A DNA stretch of 35,955 nt from Octopus bimaculoides. Taxonomy: Eukaryota. Location of the stretch: the NCBI RefSeq assembly GCF_001194135.2, contig NC_068985.1:109138313-109174267 (forward strand), in the 5' to 3' direction. A program made the translations under genes and the position numbers. A model generated the notes under the pieces. That model made no database searches. It saw only the letters and a program-made list of their open reading frames with translations, and had not been told where the DNA came from. Below are positions 35,648-35,955 of this stretch, one piece after another (within the stretch, counting starts at the first letter, position 1; every line of letters begins with the position of its first letter).

Positions 35648-35773
35648 CATCTTAAATGTAGGAACACTTCTACTCGTTGCAGAAATATAAGAGCGAGTGC
35701 GATGGGTGGAGAGAACATGTATGTATAGACACACGCATTCATGCACACACAAACACACATACAGATATATATA

Positions 35774-35936
35774 GGCGCAGGAGTGGCTGTGTGGTAAGTA
35801 GCTTGCTTACCAACCACATGGTTCCGGGTTCAGTCCCACTGCGTGGCATCTTGGGCAAATGTCTTCTACTATAGCCTCGGGCCGACTAAAGCCTTGTGAG
35901 TGGATTTGGTAAACGGAAACTGAAAGAAGCCCGTCG
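35774..35936 (+). mobile_element. Family A tRNA-derived SINE, best-preserved copy
   Basis: A-box-like tggctgtgtggtaag, B-box-like ggttcagtccc, CORE-like ttgggcaaatgtcttctactatagcc, tail gaaactgaaagaagcccgtcg then (TA)n. Confidence 0.9.
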
Positions 35937-35955
35937 TATATATGTATATATATAT

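Noticed and set aside
8257-35690. Numerous YI/CV/TH/SL/poly-N/poly-I ORFs and X-filled ORFs
   Set aside because: Translations of microsatellites or N-gaps, not genes.
1-35955. CRISPR array, rRNA or intact tRNA genes
   Set aside because: No repeat-spacer array or rRNA-like sequence seen; all tRNA-like sequences are SINE heads or a damaged pseudogene.

Overview
AT-rich, microsatellite- and SINE-dense eukaryotic DNA with scaffold N-gaps; the gene and repeat families indicate an octopus (inference; the species cannot be fixed from sequence alone). The only gene I can support is missed by the ORF track: the first three coding exons of a minus-strand S-crystallin (GST-sigma-derived cephalopod lens protein) at 4569-4437, 2068-1973 and 762-647, with GT-AG boundaries, consistent phases and a TATA box; the rest of the gene runs off the left edge. 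The remaining ~31 kb holds tRNA-derived SINEs of several modular families, mariner and RTE-LINE relics, a MITE with a telomeric-repeat core, a tRNA-Asp-like pseudogene with a TGC anticodon and one orphan exon-like segment. The most interesting structure is an ~855-bp inverted repeat (32510-33364) with a Penelope-type hammerhead ribozyme motif in each arm around a tRNA-like head. All alignments were done by eye; family names come from recalled knowledge and need database confirmation.
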